NCBI GenBank assembly: GCA_002269645.1
Contig: NIVC01001631.1
Location: forward strand, 192,949-256,948
Direction of reading: 5' to 3'
Length of the DNA stretch: 64,000 nucleotides
Source of the DNA: Macrostomum lignano
Taxonomy: Eukaryota
Shown here: positions 23,801-36,632 of the stretch, one piece after another
How the letters are laid out: every line of letters begins with the position of its first letter
Numbering within the stretch: position 1 is the stretch's first letter
Translations under genes and position numbers: made by a program
Notes under the pieces: generated by a model
What the model saw: only the letters and a program-made list of their open reading frames with translations
What the model was told of the DNA's origin: nothing
The model's database searches: none

Positions 23801-26217
23801 ACACTTCAAAAATCTGGGAAATGTGGGAATCGAACCCGATGCCTTTGTCTGATTGTCTGCACCCCATCTTGTGTCTTAGTAATCATTTATTTTAATTAAG
23901 CCTTTAAATATTTCCTTTCCCGCAGAGGCGGGACAAATTTTCCCTCAAGGTTTTAAATTGATTTGATAAATTCGATTTTCTGTGAAGTACAAATTGAAAC
24001 AAGCAGTCATGGGCTCTCGTGGTCGAACAAAAAACTAATGAAATTAGTTTCTAATTAGAACTGCATGCATCACAAATATAGCAGGATCATGCTAAAAATT
24101 GCCATACCAATATGCATTTTAAGTAGTACCAGTCAAAAATGGAAATTTTACGCTTAAGAAACTACTGAAATGAAAGTTAGTTAAATTTGCTTGCATGGGG
24201 CTTTAGGGGCACCAGGGGCGCCAGCAACAGGGGCGCCAGCACCAGGGGCGCCAGCACCAGGGGCGCCAGCACCAGGGGCGCCAGCACCAGGGGCGCCAGC
24301 ACCAGGGGCGCCAGCACCAGGGGCGCCAGCACCAGGGGCGCCAGCACCAGGGGCGCCAGCACCAGGGGCGCCAGCACCAGGGGCGCCAGCACCAGGGGCG
24401 CCAGCACCAGGGGCGCCAGCACCAAGGGCGCCAGCACCAGGGGCGCCAGCACCAGGGGCGCCAGCACCAGGGGCGCCAGCACCAGGGGCGCCAGCACCAG
24501 GGGCGCCAGCACCAGGGGCGCCAGCACCAGGGGCGCCAGCACCAGGGGCGCCAGCACCAGGGGCGCCAGCACCAGGGGCGCCAGCACCAGGGGCGCCAGC
24601 ACCAGGGTGCTACATGTACATAATGTAGCCAGCTAACTGCAGCTCCCAATCAAGGTTGAATCAAAAGTTTTCTGATTTAATACTAAAAAACTTACTGTAT
24701 TGGAGGCCTTCTAAACAGCTCAGAAAAACAAATTAATCAATCAAATTGGCGCCAAACCTCTTCTCTGAGCTGCGGTGCCGGCGAAAAACGAGGTCTGACC
24801 TTCGACTTGAAAGGTGAGAATGTAGAACATGACATCAGAGGATTCGTTGCGAACTGGTGCCACCATGGTGTTAGACTGAAATCTGGTGCCTGTTAGAGAG
24901 GAACAGAGTGAGGGTCATATGTTAGACACGGGTGTTTAACCTGTTATGCATGGGTGTTTAATGTGTTATATATGGGTGTTTAATCTGTTAGATATGGGTG
25001 TTTAACCTATTATGTATGGTTGTTTAACCTGTTAGACTTTGGTGTCTAACTTGTTCGATGTGGTATATTTAACTGTTAGATATTAGTGCAAAAACTTATG
25101 AGACATACTCAAACAAAATCATAGAACAGGCCCATTCATCCCAAACTCTCACCATCTTTCTTGTAAAATAGAATTTGAATCTGGCGCTCATCTCGCCCAT
25201 TGAGGGCATCCCTCAGATCCGTGATGGACTGAACGCTAGTCAGTGGGCCATGCAGGAAGTCCATGCAAGCTGAGCGCTGCATGATGTCAGCTCTTGTGTA
25301 GCCAACGAGTTCACAGAAGCCATCATTGCAGAATATCACTGGTCTATGCTCAATTTGAGCATTAGCTATGCAGAATTTGCGATCTGTTATTATGGCATAA
25401 ACATGATGAAATTGTTTTAAATAACCAATTAAAAATAGTTAGATATAATACTCAAAACTAAATAAAATTTAAAAATATATATGCATAATCTTACAAAACA
25501 TTTTCTTTTCACTATTATTAATCCTTGGATATAGTATGCTTTTGAATGGGCAAAGCAATTAGTTTAGAATTAGGCTAAAAATACAGCTATTAAAGCCTTT
25601 ATATTAACTTTCCTTAACAAAAACACAAACAAACCTAATCCTTAAAAATCAATAAATTAGTTTCTTTTAAATGGTTTTTAAAATGCAAAATATTTTAAAA
25701 GTATGATTTAATAAACAAAGTAACTGCAACAAAGTTTAAAAAGCAATAAAACAAAAATATCCAGTGAATAAAATTTTATTTCTAAAATCATTCTATGCAT
25801 AAATGTATGAATTTTATTGCCTTAAAAATGAATATAACTATAATAATGACACATATATATATATATAATCAAAAGTGTGAAGTTAAAAAGTATTGCATTA
25901 ACTACAAGTTTTAGTCTTTGATTAACATTTATTTGTATACAGTGTCCTGTATGCATACGTTTTAATCATTTTCGGTTTAGGACTCAATACAATATTAACT
26001 ATTATGTGACAACTTGGCAAGGTTGTAGTTTTCCACAATTTTAATGGGAAGAGCTCAGTGTAAAGAAGAGCTTACTACTATCTTAGTTTTTGACATAGAC
26101 AAAAACCATTACAGTAGAAACATTAAACATTAAAAACTTACACTGTCCATCAAATTTTCGAATCAATGTATCCAAAAAAGTATTTTGTGGTGCAACATGT
26201 CCCCGTCTTACTGGCAT
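14536..26217 (-). CDS. KCNH2: ERG-subfamily voltage-gated K+ channel (KCNH2/6/7 co-ortholog), about 1061 aa
   Basis: Exons (minus strand): 26217-26142, 25383-25153, 24889-24758, 23276-22983, 22335(or 22337)-22094, 20398-20204, 19856-19620, 18744-18517, 17878-17301, 16879-16608, 15686-15403, 14952-14536. PAS-cap [16 protein letters not shown]; PAS domain; HNVSEKVAQ|[13 protein letters not shown]; S4 [20 protein letters not shown]; filter SVGFGN; C-linker and CNBHD; C-terminal coiled coil [22 protein letters not shown] on the minus strand at 14490-14495. Confidence 0.97.
14800..14856 (-). repeat. Pure (CAG)19 polyglutamine tract in the last ERG exon
   Basis: 19 uninterrupted CTG triplets on +, in frame as Q19. 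Confidence 0.95.
15001..15375. repeat. G-rich ~26-30 bp minisatellite (GGCGGATTTAAAGAGCGGGTTTTGGGG) in ERG intron 11
   Basis: About 13 copies with variable G-run. Confidence 0.96.
15895..16520. repeat. 30-bp minisatellite (GGGAGGTCAGTTGACCCACTGTATTATCTA) in ERG intron 10, with degenerate tail
   Basis: About 11 clean copies at 15901-16215, then diverged copies. Confidence 0.95.
16895..17286. repeat. 12-bp minisatellite (GTCAGTGAGGGT) filling ERG intron 9
   Basis: Tandem copies with variants. Confidence 0.96.
17918..18370. repeat. 16-bp minisatellite (GAGGGTGAGACAGACA) in ERG intron 8
   Basis: Tandem copies with variants. Confidence 0.95.
18772..19555. repeat. 35-bp minisatellite (GAGAAATGGACAATTTCTAAGAAATCTCACTCAAT) in ERG intron 7
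   Basis: 35-bp period, about 22 copies. Confidence 0.97.
21340..21982. repeat. 23-bp CT-rich minisatellite (CTTCCCTCTGTCCCCTCTCTCTC) in ERG intron 5
   Basis: Homopyrimidine-rich tandem array. Confidence 0.96.
22450..22960. repeat. CT-rich low-complexity and 20-bp repeats in ERG intron 4
   Basis: TCTCCC-rich tract grading into CTACCTCTCCCTTCATCTCC units. Confidence 0.9.
23825..23837 (-). other. Isolated Pol III B-box / tRNA T-arm-like motif (GGGTTCGATTCCC); possible degenerate SINE remnant
   Basis: B-box match only. No convincing A-box or cloverleaf. Confidence 0.2.
24207..24607. repeat. 15-bp minisatellite (GGGGCGCCAGCACCA)n, array 2 of 3, ERG intron 3
   Basis: About 26 copies, same unit and + orientation as array 1. 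Confidence 0.98.
24925..25085. repeat. Degenerate ~24-bp repeat (GGGTGTTTAACCTGTTA..) in ERG intron 2
   Basis: About 6-7 diverged copies. Confidence 0.8.
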
Positions 26218-27025
26218 TGTAAACTTGTCGATTTGGTATAATGATAAGATATATTGTCAAATTAAAGCTTTAAAAAGCTTTGAATAAAGCCATCGATAGT
26301 TTTTGCTTGAAATTCCTTAATCAAAGAACATAAAGATGCACATACGGATACGGTTGCTTAAAGTTCGTAATTTATTCCATTTCTCGAATCTAACTCAAAT
26401 AATAATAACGTTACTTTATCTAGGTTAAATTTGTTTACTAACAACAAAATAACTGGTTAAACAAAACTACATAAAAATTTGATACATTAAACTGAAACTA
26501 TTTAGGTTCTACAACTTATTGATAAAATTATTAACTAAGTAGTTTTTAAAAACAGCTTTTAATTGGAAATGTAAACCTTTGTATATCTGTTCAATGATTT
26601 TCTAGCCTATTCTGTGACTTTAATTTCATTTCATTTCGTTTCGTTTCGTTTCATTTCGTTAATTATACTACACGTAATGCAAGTATAGTATTAAATTATG
26701 TTACATGCACCCATGGAAATTTCAGTAACGATGACATGTAGGCCGACTATGGATGTAGAATATGAAACCTTATTTATACTTTTTTAGATTCTCCCTTGCT
26801 TGTCTCATGTTAGTCCACTTTTGACCTAGCTGCCCCGCCCAATTTTTGTTACCTTGGAGCTCACAATTTGACAGGAGTGGGAAGCTAAGCTATTAGTTTT
26901 TTACTCATCTGAGGCCCAAATATCCAAATCAAAGGTTTTTAGAAGACCAAACTCAAGTAAATTTTGCTGGTCATATTTACGGAATGATGCACTTGCCCTA
27001 ACCACTAGATATCTCCATATGGACC

Positions 27026-27310
27026 GCGCCAAAACTGACATCTGGGATAGATGGCGCCAAAACTGACATCTGGGATAGATGGCGCCAACAAAACTGACAT
27101 CCGGGATAGATGGCGCCAAAACTGACATCTGGGATAGATGGCGCCAAAATTGACATCTGGGATAGATGACGCCAAAACTGACATCTGGGATAGATGGCGC
27201 CAAAACTGACATCTGGGATAGATGGCGCCAAAACTGACATCTGGGATAGATGGCGCCAACAGAACTGACATCTGGGATAGATGACGCCAAAACTGACATC
27301 TGGGATAGAT
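27026..27310. repeat. Short 28/31-bp minisatellite (GCCAAAACTGACATCTGGGATAGATGGC), about 10 copies
   Basis: Same unit and orientation as the 7-kb array at 28945-35977. Confidence 0.97.
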
Positions 27311-27879
27311 GCAGATGTTTCAGCATTCGAGAAGATTGTTATGAGGGAACTGGCAGCCATCCGTCAATACGTTGAACGGATTGAACGCACGGTCTCCGCG
27401 ATCGCGTCACGAAAGAGCGTGGCGGCTCCAAATCTGCCTGTCAACTTGCCGTGCTCGGCAGAAGACATGGCAGAACTAGTCCAGCATCTGGAAGAAAATC
27501 CAGCGGATGCAGAAGCGCTCGTGAGTGCATCGGCGTTCCTGTTTTTCTTCAATTCTTCTGTTGCGTGTAAAATAAAAAAACAATTAGACAATTTTGCGCA
27601 ACTGCTTCACTTGCATTACAGGAAGGACAGATGGCCTGCATTGGTGGCGGCAGCACCCAGGATGCAGTGCGTCGCATTTTGCGCCGGCTGCTGGCTCCGC
27701 CGGCTATGGCGAGTTTTAGTTTCGCAGGACGGCGAGAGAAAGCGGCGTTCAAGGACAGCATCCTGTGGACAATCGTGCGAGGTGCAACGCTACGCAGCGT
27801 CAAGGCGAAGGAGAAGGAGATAGAAGCCGCTGTAAAGGAGGTGCTAAAGCATGCAAATGACCCGAATCGCGCTCGTTAG
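27311..27879 (+). CDS. DUF4806 / BEN-like domain protein with upstream coiled coil; 5' end unresolved; probably transposon-associated
   Basis: Exons about 27311-27520 and 27622-27879, joined by a GT-AG intron (gtgagt...cattacag, phase 0). Sequence: ELAAIRQYVERIERTVSAI...NLPCSAEDMAELVQHLEE...|EGQMACIGGGSTQDAVRRILRRLL...SFAGRREKAAFKDSILW...EIEAAVKEVLKHAND. The LP..E..L / IGG..VRRIL..L / S..G...K..F / EIE..K..L..A.D pattern is recognised from memory as DUF4806; no HMM was run. Confidence 0.7.
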
Positions 27880-28807
27880 CTTCATGTTGGAGGTCCCCTG
27901 GCCGCGGGAAAAATCGGCTCCCGAGCCTTGTCAGTTTGTTTCGATTTATTCATGCAGAGTAGGCTGGAATGGAGAAACTTAGAAATAGAAAAATGGGGCG
28001 GGATATTAGCTCTTTCCCTACCTAGTCACCAGATCCCTCCCCACCAAAATTTTAGATTCTAAGACAAACAGGGGTCGCAAAAACCCGTTCTTTATACCAG
28101 TTTTCAGTAATTTTAAAAAAAACAGTGAAAACGGTAAAACTGCTTTGTTGGCCTTTTTTGGCTTAAATTATTTCAAGTGTTATATTATTATGTGTTATAT
28201 TATATTTACTATATACTGGGCGTTTATTTGCCAATTAAATTGGCTGTTTATTCTAGGAAACAAAAAATTTATTAATTAATTAAATGCTTCGTTGCTCTCA
28301 TTTTTCTCTACTCTAATTACTTTTATCTACTATAATTTTACTCTATTACCATTCATCGCTACGTTCTACTATTCATTACCCAGTTCCCAGTTGGTATTTA
28401 TGTTCCTTTTGTTTGCTATAGCTTTTATTATCTCCGATTGCATATAATTGCGTACTATATTTTTCCAGCGGCTGACAAATAGCTGTACAATCCTGGTGCG
28501 AGTCGACCTTCGCCAATAAAATATCACCCAGTATCTGATATAAGAAAGTTTATAGTAACACCGGTAGGAAACTGGTAAAACTGCCTATTTTTTAGCATTT
28601 TGGCTTTACATTATTTCAGGTATGCGTGCTCACGAGCGTGTATGTCAGTACGTGTGCATTACAAATTATCTTGGTGTGCAATTGCTGCTGTGAATTACAG
28701 CATTTAAACCTCATAAATTTTTAAACAGCATTTAACGTGGCGATCACCTCTGTGAAACTGCATTCGAATCAAGAAGTAAGAAACTAACCGCGGCCAACTG
28801 TAAACTA

Positions 28808-28937
28808 GTCGCGTAAAGGTCGCGTAATGGTAATAACGTGACGTCGCAAAGTGAAGTGTACGCGACGTCGCGTGGCGCGATACTTGACCCCTTCCCGCGA
28901 CGTAACTTTGCGACGTTTACGCGACGTTGCCGCGACG
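28808..28937. other. Cluster of about 9 GTCGC/CGCGACG motifs in both orientations, including the 14-bp palindrome ACGCGACGTCGCGT
   Basis: CpG-dense patch in AT-rich surroundings, directly abutting the 7-kb array. Confidence 0.8.
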
Positions 28938-28944
28938 AAGTGTG

Positions 28945-31900
28945 TAGATGGCGCCAAAACTGACATCTGGGATAGATGGCGCCAAAACTGACATCTGGGA
29001 TAGATGGCGCCAAAACTGACATCTGGGATAGATGGCGCCAAAACTGACATCTGGGATAGATGGCGCCAACAAAACTGACATCTGGGATAGATGGCGCCAA
29101 CAAAACTGACATCTGGGATAGATGGCGCCCAAAACTGACATCTGGGATAGATGGCGCCAAAACTGACATCTGGGATAGATGGCGCCAAAACTGACATCTG
29201 GGATAGATGGCGCCAACAGAACTGACATCTGGGATAGATGGCGCCAAAACTGACATCTGGGATAGATGGCGCCAAAACTGACATCTGGGATAGATGGCGC
29301 CAAAACTGACATCTGGGATAGATGGCGCCAAAACTGACATCTGGGATAGATGGCGCCAACAAACTGACATCTGGGATAGATGGCGCCAAAACTGACATCT
29401 GGGATAGATGGCGCCAACAAAACTGACATCTGGGATAGATGGCGCCAAAACTGACATCTGGGATAGATGGCGCCAACAAAACTGACATCTGGGATAGATG
29501 GCGCCAACAAAACTGACATCTGGGATAGATGGCGCCAACAAAACTGACATCTGGGATAGATGGCGCCAACAAAACTGACATCTGGGATAGATGGCGCCAA
29601 AACTGACATCTGGGATAGATGGCGCCAACAAAACTGACATCTGGGATAGATGGCGCCAAAACTGACATCTGGGATAGATGGCGCCAAAACTGACATCTGG
29701 GATAGATGGCGCCAACAGAACTGACATCTGGGATAGATGGCGCCAAAACTGACATCTGGGATAGATGGCGCCAACAGAACTGACATCTGGGATAGATGGC
29801 GCCAAAACTGACATCTGGGATAGATGGCGCCAAAACTGACATCTGGGATAGATGGCGCCAACAAACTGACATCTGGGATAGATGGCGCCAAAACTGACAT
29901 CTAGGATAGATGGCGCCAACAAAACTGACATCTGGGATAGATGGCGCCAAAACTGACATCTGGGATAGATGGCGCCAACAAAACTGACATCTGGGATAGA
30001 TGGCGCCAACAAAACTGACATCTGGGATAGATGGCGCCAACAAAACTGACATCTGGGATAGATGGCGCCAACAAAACTGACATCTGGGATAGATGGCGCC
30101 AAAACTGACATCTGGGATAGATGGCGCCAACAAACTGACATCTGGGATAGATGGCGCCAAAACTGACATCTGGGATAGATGGCGCCAAAACTGACATCTG
30201 GGATAGATGGCGCCAACAAACTGACATCTGGGATAGATGGCGCCAAAACTGACATCTGGGATAGATGGCGCCAACAAAACTGACATCTGGGATAGATGGC
30301 GCCAAAACTGACATCTGGGATAGATGGCGCCAACAAAACTGACATCTGGGATAGATGGCGCCAACAAAACTGACATCGGGATAGATGCGCCAACAAAACT
30401 GACATCTGGGATAGATGGCGCCAACAAAACTGACATCTGGGATAGATGGCGCCAAAACTGACATCTGGGATAGATGGCGCCAACAGAACTGACATCTGGG
30501 ATAGATGGCGCCAAAACTGACATCTGGGATAGATGGCGCCAAAACTGACATCTGGGATAGATGGCGCCAACAAAACTGACATCTGGGATAGATGGCGCCA
30601 AAACTGACATCTGGGATAGATGGCGCCAACAAAACTGACATCTGGGATAGATGGCGCCAAAACTGACATCTGGGATAGATGGCGCCAACAAAACTGACAT
30701 CTGGGATAGATGGCGCCAAAACTGACATCTGGGATAGATGGCGCCAACAAACTGACATCTGGGATAGATGGCGCCAAAACTGACATCTGGGATAGATGGC
30801 GCCAAAACTGACATCTGGGATAGATGGCGCCAACAAACTGACATCTGGGATAGATGGCGCCAAAACTGACATCTGGGATAGATGGCGCCAAAACTGACAT
30901 CTGGGATAGATGGCGCCAACAAAACTGACATCTGGGATAGATGGCGCCAAAACTGACATCTGGGATAGATGGCGCCAACAAAACTGACATCTGGGATAGA
31001 TGGCGCCAAAACTGACATCTGGGATAGATGGCGCCAACAAAACTGACATCTGGGATAGAGCGCCAACAAAACTGACATCCGGGATAGATGCGCCAACAAA
31101 ACTGACATCTGGGATAGATGGCGCCAACAAAACTGACATCTGGGATAGATGGCGCCAAAACTGACATCTGGGATAGATGGCGCCAACAAACTGACATCTG
31201 GGATAGATGGCGCCAAAACTGACATCTGGGATAGATGGCGCCAACAAAACTGACATCTGGGATAGATGGCGCCAACAAAACTGACATCGGGATAGATGGC
31301 GCCAACAAAACTGACATCTGGGATAGATGGCGCCAACAAAACTGACATCTGGGATAGATGGCGCCAACAAAACTGACATCTGGGATAGATGGCGCCAAAA
31401 CTGACATCTGGGATAGATGGCGCCAACAAACTGACATCTGGGATAGATGGCGCCAAAACTGACATCTGGGATAGATGGCGCCAAAACTGACATCTGGGAT
31501 AGATGGCGCCAACAAAACTGACATCTGGGATAGATGGCGCCAAAACTGACATCTGGGATAGATGGCGCCAAAACTGACATCTGGGATAGATGGCGCCAAC
31601 AAACTGACATCTGGGATAGATGGCGCCAAAACTGACATCTGGGATAGATGGCGCCAAAACTGACATCTGGGATAGATGGCGCCAACAAAACTGACATCTG
31701 GGATAGATGGCGCCAAAACTGACATCTGGGATAGATGGCGCCAACAAAACTGACAAAACTGACATCGGGATAGATGCGCCAACAAAACTGACATCTGGGA
31801 TAGATGGCGCCAACAAAACTGACATCTGGGATAGATGGCGCCAAAACTGACATCTGGGATAGATGGCGCCAACAAAACTGACATCTGGGATAGATGGCGC

Positions 31901-34900
31901 CAAAACTGACATCTGGGATAGATGGCGCCAACAAAACTGACATCTGGGATAGATGGCGCCAACAAAACTGACATCTGGGATAGATGGCGCCAACAAAACT
32001 GACATCTGGGATAGATGGCGCCAACAAAACTGACATCTGGGATAGATGGCGCCAACAAAACTGACATCTGGGATAGATGGCGCCAAAACTGACATCTGGG
32101 ATAGATGGCGCCAAAACTGACATCTGGGATAGATGGCGCCAACAAACTGACATCTGGGATAGATGGCGCCAAAACTGACATCTGGGATAGATGGCGCCAA
32201 CAAACTGACATCTGGGATAGATGGCGCCAAAACTGACATCTGGGATAGATGGCGCCAACAAAACTGACATCTGGGATAGATGGCGCCAACAAAACTGACA
32301 TCTGGGATAGATGGCGCCAACAAAACTGACATCTGGGATAGATGGCGCCAAAACTGACATCTGGGATAGATGGCGCCAACAAAACTGACATCTGGGATAG
32401 ATGGCGCCAACAAAACTGACATCTGGGATAGATGGCGCCAAAACTGACATCTGGGATAGATGGCGCCAAAACTGACATTTGGGATAGATGGCGCCAAAAC
32501 TGACATCTGGGATAGATGGCGCCAAAACTGACATCTGGGATAGATGGCGCCAACAAACTGACATCTGGGATAGATGGCGCCAAAACTGACATCTGGGATA
32601 GATGGCGCCAAAACTGACATCTGGGATAGATGGCGCCAAAACTGACATCTGGGATAGATGGCGCCAACAAAACTGACATCTGGGATAGATGGCGCCAACA
32701 AAACTGACATCTGGGATAGATGGCGCCAAAACTGACATCTGGGATAGATGGCGCCAACAAAACTGACATCTGGGATAGATGCGCCAACAAAACTGACATC
32801 GGGATAGATGCGCCAACAAAACTGACATCTGGGATAGATGGCGCCAACAAAACTGACATCGGGATAGATGGCGCCAACAAAACTGACATCTGGGATAGAT
32901 GGCGCCAACAAAACTGACATCTGGGATAGATGGCGCCAAAACTGACATCTGGGATAGATGGCGCCAACAAAACTGACATCTGGGATAGATGGCGCCAACA
33001 AAACTGACATCTGGGATAGATGGCGCCAACAAAACTGACATCGGGATAGATGGCGCCAACAAAACTGACATCTGGGATAGATGGCGCCAACAAAACTGAC
33101 ATCTGGGATAGATGGCGCCAAAAAACTGACATCTGGGATAGATGGCGCCAACAAAACTGACATCTGGGATAGATGGCGCCAAAACTGACATCTGGGATAG
33201 ATGGCGCCAACAAAACTGACATCTGGGATAGATGGCGCCAAAACTGACATCTGGGATAGATGGCGCCAACAAAACTGACATCTGGGATAGATGGCGCCAA
33301 CAAAACTGACATCTGGGATAGATGGCGCAAAAACTGACATCTGGGATAGATGGCGCCAACAAAACTGACATCTGGGATAGATGGCGCCAAAACTGACATC
33401 TGGGATAGATGGCGCCAACAAAACTGACATCTGGGATAGATGGCGCCAAAACTGACATCTGGGATAGATGGCGCCAACAAACTGACATCTGGGATAGATG
33501 GCGCCAAAACTGACATCTGGGATAGATGGCGCCAAAACTGACATCTGGGATAGATGGCGCCAACAAAACTGACATCTGGGATAGATGGCGCCAAAACTGA
33601 CATCTAGGATAGATGGCGCCAACAAAACTGACATCTGGGATAGATGGCGCCAAAACTGACATCTGGGATAGATGGCGCCAACAAAACTGACATCTGGGAT
33701 AGATGGCGCCAACAAAACTGACATCCGGGATAGATGTCGCCAACAAAACTGACATCTGGGATAGATGGCGCCAAAACTGACATCTGGGATAGATAGCGCC
33801 AACAAAACTGACATCTGGGATAGATGGCGCCAAAACTGACATCTGGATAGATGGCGCCAACAAAACTGACATCTGGGATAGATGGCGCCAAAACTGACAT
33901 CTGGGATAGATGGCGCCAACAAAACTGACATCTGGGATAGATGGCGCCAACAAAACTGACATCCGGGATAGATGGCGCCAACAAAACTGACATCTGGGAT
34001 AGATGGCGCCAACAAAACTGACATCGGGATAGATGGCGCCAACAAAACTGACATCTGGGATAGATGGCGCCAACAAAACTGACATCTGGGATAGATGGCG
34101 CCAAAACTGACATCTGGGATAGATGGCGCCAACAAAACTGACATCTGGGATAGATGGCGCCAAAACTGACATCTAGGATAGATGGCGCCAACAAAACTGA
34201 CATCTGGGATAGATGGCGCCAAAACTGACATCTGGGATAGATGGCGCCAACAAAACTGACATCTGGGATAGATGGCGCCAACAAAACTGACATCTGGGAT
34301 AGATGGCGCCAACAAAACTGACATCTGGGATAGATGGCGCCAAAACTGACATCTGGGATAGATGGCGCCAAAACTGACATCTGGGATAGATGGCGCCAAC
34401 AAACTGACATCTGGGATAGATGGCGCCAACAAACTGACATCTGGGATAGATGGCGCCAAAACTGACATCTGGGATAGATGGCGCCAAAACTGACATCTGG
34501 GATAGATGGCGCCAACAAAACTGACATCTGGGATAGATGGCGCCAAAACTGACATCTAGGATAGATGGCGCCAACAAAACTGACATCTGGGATAGATGGC
34601 GCCAAAACTGACATCTGGGATAGATGGCGCCAACAAAACTGACATCTGGGATAGTTGGCGCCAACAAAACTGACATCGGGATAGATGCGCCAACAAAACT
34701 GACATCTGGGATAGATGGCGCCAACAAAACTGACATCGGGATAGATGGCGCCAACAAAACTGACATCTGGGATAGATGGCGCCAACAAAACTGACATCTG
34801 GGATAGATGGCGCCAAAACTGACATCTGGGATAGATGGCGCCAACAAAACTGACATCTGGGATAGATGGCGCCAAAACTGACATCTGGGATAGATGGCGC

Positions 34901-35977
34901 CAACAAAACTGACATCTGGGATAGATGGCGCCAACAAAACTGACATTTGGGATAGATAGCGCAAAAACTGACATCTGGGATAGATGGCGCCAACAAAACT
35001 GACATCTGGGATAGATGGCGCCAAAACTGACATCTGGGATAGATGGCGCCAACAAAACTGACATCTGGGATAGATGGCGCCAAAACTGACATCTGGGATA
35101 GATGGCGCCAACAGAACTGACATCTGGGATAGATGGCGCCAAAACTGACATCTGGGATAGATGGCGCCAAAACTGACATCTGGGATAGATAGCGCCAAAA
35201 CTGACATCTAGGATAGATGGCGCCAACAAAACTGACATCTGGGATAGATGGCGCCAAAACTGACATCTGGGATAGATGGCGCCAACAAAACTGACATCTG
35301 GGATAGTTGGCGCCAACAAAACTGACATCCGGGATAGATGTCGCCAACAAAACTGACATCTGGGATAGATGGCGCCAACAAAACTGACATCCGGGATAGA
35401 TGGCGCCAACAAAACTGACATCTGGGATAGATGGCGCCAACAAAACTGACATCTGGGATAGATGGCGCCAAAACTGACATCTGGGATAGATGGCGCCAAC
35501 AAAACTGACATCTGGGATAGATGGCGCCAAAACTGACATCTGGGATAGATGGCGCCAACAAAACTGACATCTGGGATAGATGGCGCCAACAAAACTGACA
35601 TCTGGGATAGATAGCGCAAAAACTGACATCTGGGATAGATGGCGCCAAAACTGACATCTGGGATAGATGGCGCCAAAACTGACATCTGGGATAGATGACG
35701 CCAACAAAACTGACATCTGGGATAGATGGCGCCAACAAAACTGACATCTGGGATAGATGGCGCCAACAAAACTGACATCCGGGATAGATGGCGCCAACAA
35801 AACTGACATCTGGGATAGATGGCGCCAACAAAACTGACATCTGGGATAGATGGCGCCAACAAAACTGACATCTGGGATAGATAGCGCAAAAACTGACATC
35901 TGGGATAGATGGCGCCAAAACTGACATCTGGGATAGATGGCGCCAAAACTGACATCTGGGATAGATGGCGCCAACAC
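28945..35977. repeat. 7-kb minisatellite of interspersed 28/30/31-bp variants (GCCAA[C]AAA[A]CTGACATCTGGGATAGATGGC)
   Basis: Roughly 235 units. Source of the 300-1900 aa minus-strand pseudo-ORFs. Confidence 0.99.
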
Positions 35978-36632
35978 TGACGCCAAAACAGAATCGTGCA
36001 TGTGAAGTCTCCATGAAAAAGAACAGTTTTATAGCATAGACCCTATCTCATAATCGCACATCTACATGTACTACTAATGGTTAATTAAATATACATATAA
36101 TTAAATATGTAATAGATATATACATATAAACTTGTTTTTTGTTATTGCTAATTCGATCAAAATACGGTAATTATAGTATATACTAAAAAGATTATCGAGT
36201 TGAACTAAGCGTGTCTGTCTGTCACAATGGCTAAATAACAAAGGGATTAAACACGCGACCGCACCTGTCGCCGCCCTAGTCAATAGGAGAGAGATTAGCG
36301 ATTTCAGTCACAGTTTTCCCAATGCTGTTTTGACATTTTTCAAGGTAAAAATAACACTAGGGGTGGAAGCAAGTGCGAAAAACAAGCTGTTTATTGCGAT
36401 CAAGTTTGAAAATAATAATTGTATCAATGATTGCTAACTGCATACATTTGCGTGTGTCAGCTTGCAGAATTGGCGGCATATGGCAATGTTTTCGACTAAG
36501 AAAGGACTAATTTGATGGTGTATTTAAATTCAGTTGGAAAATAGATTATTGTCAAGTTTGCATTGAGTCGAAATAAAAACTACAAAGTTCGATTTTTCAT
36601 TCTATAGAATTGTCTACAACTTTTCTGAAGTG

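Noticed and set aside
27886-28087. hAT-like CAGGGG termini (reverse CAGGGGACCTCCAAC at 27886-27900; CAGGGGTCGCAAAAAC at 28069)
   Set aside because: They face outward from each other, and no matching partner ends or 8-bp TSD were found.
28945-35977. CRISPR-like appearance of the ~30-bp repeats
   Set aside because: No unique spacers, no cas genes, and a eukaryotic intron-containing context.
28744-36014. 300-1900 aa minus-strand ORFs (MSVLAPSIPDVSFGAIYPRCQFWRHLSQ)
   Set aside because: Translation of the 28/30/31-bp minisatellite. The same peptide cycles through all three frames.
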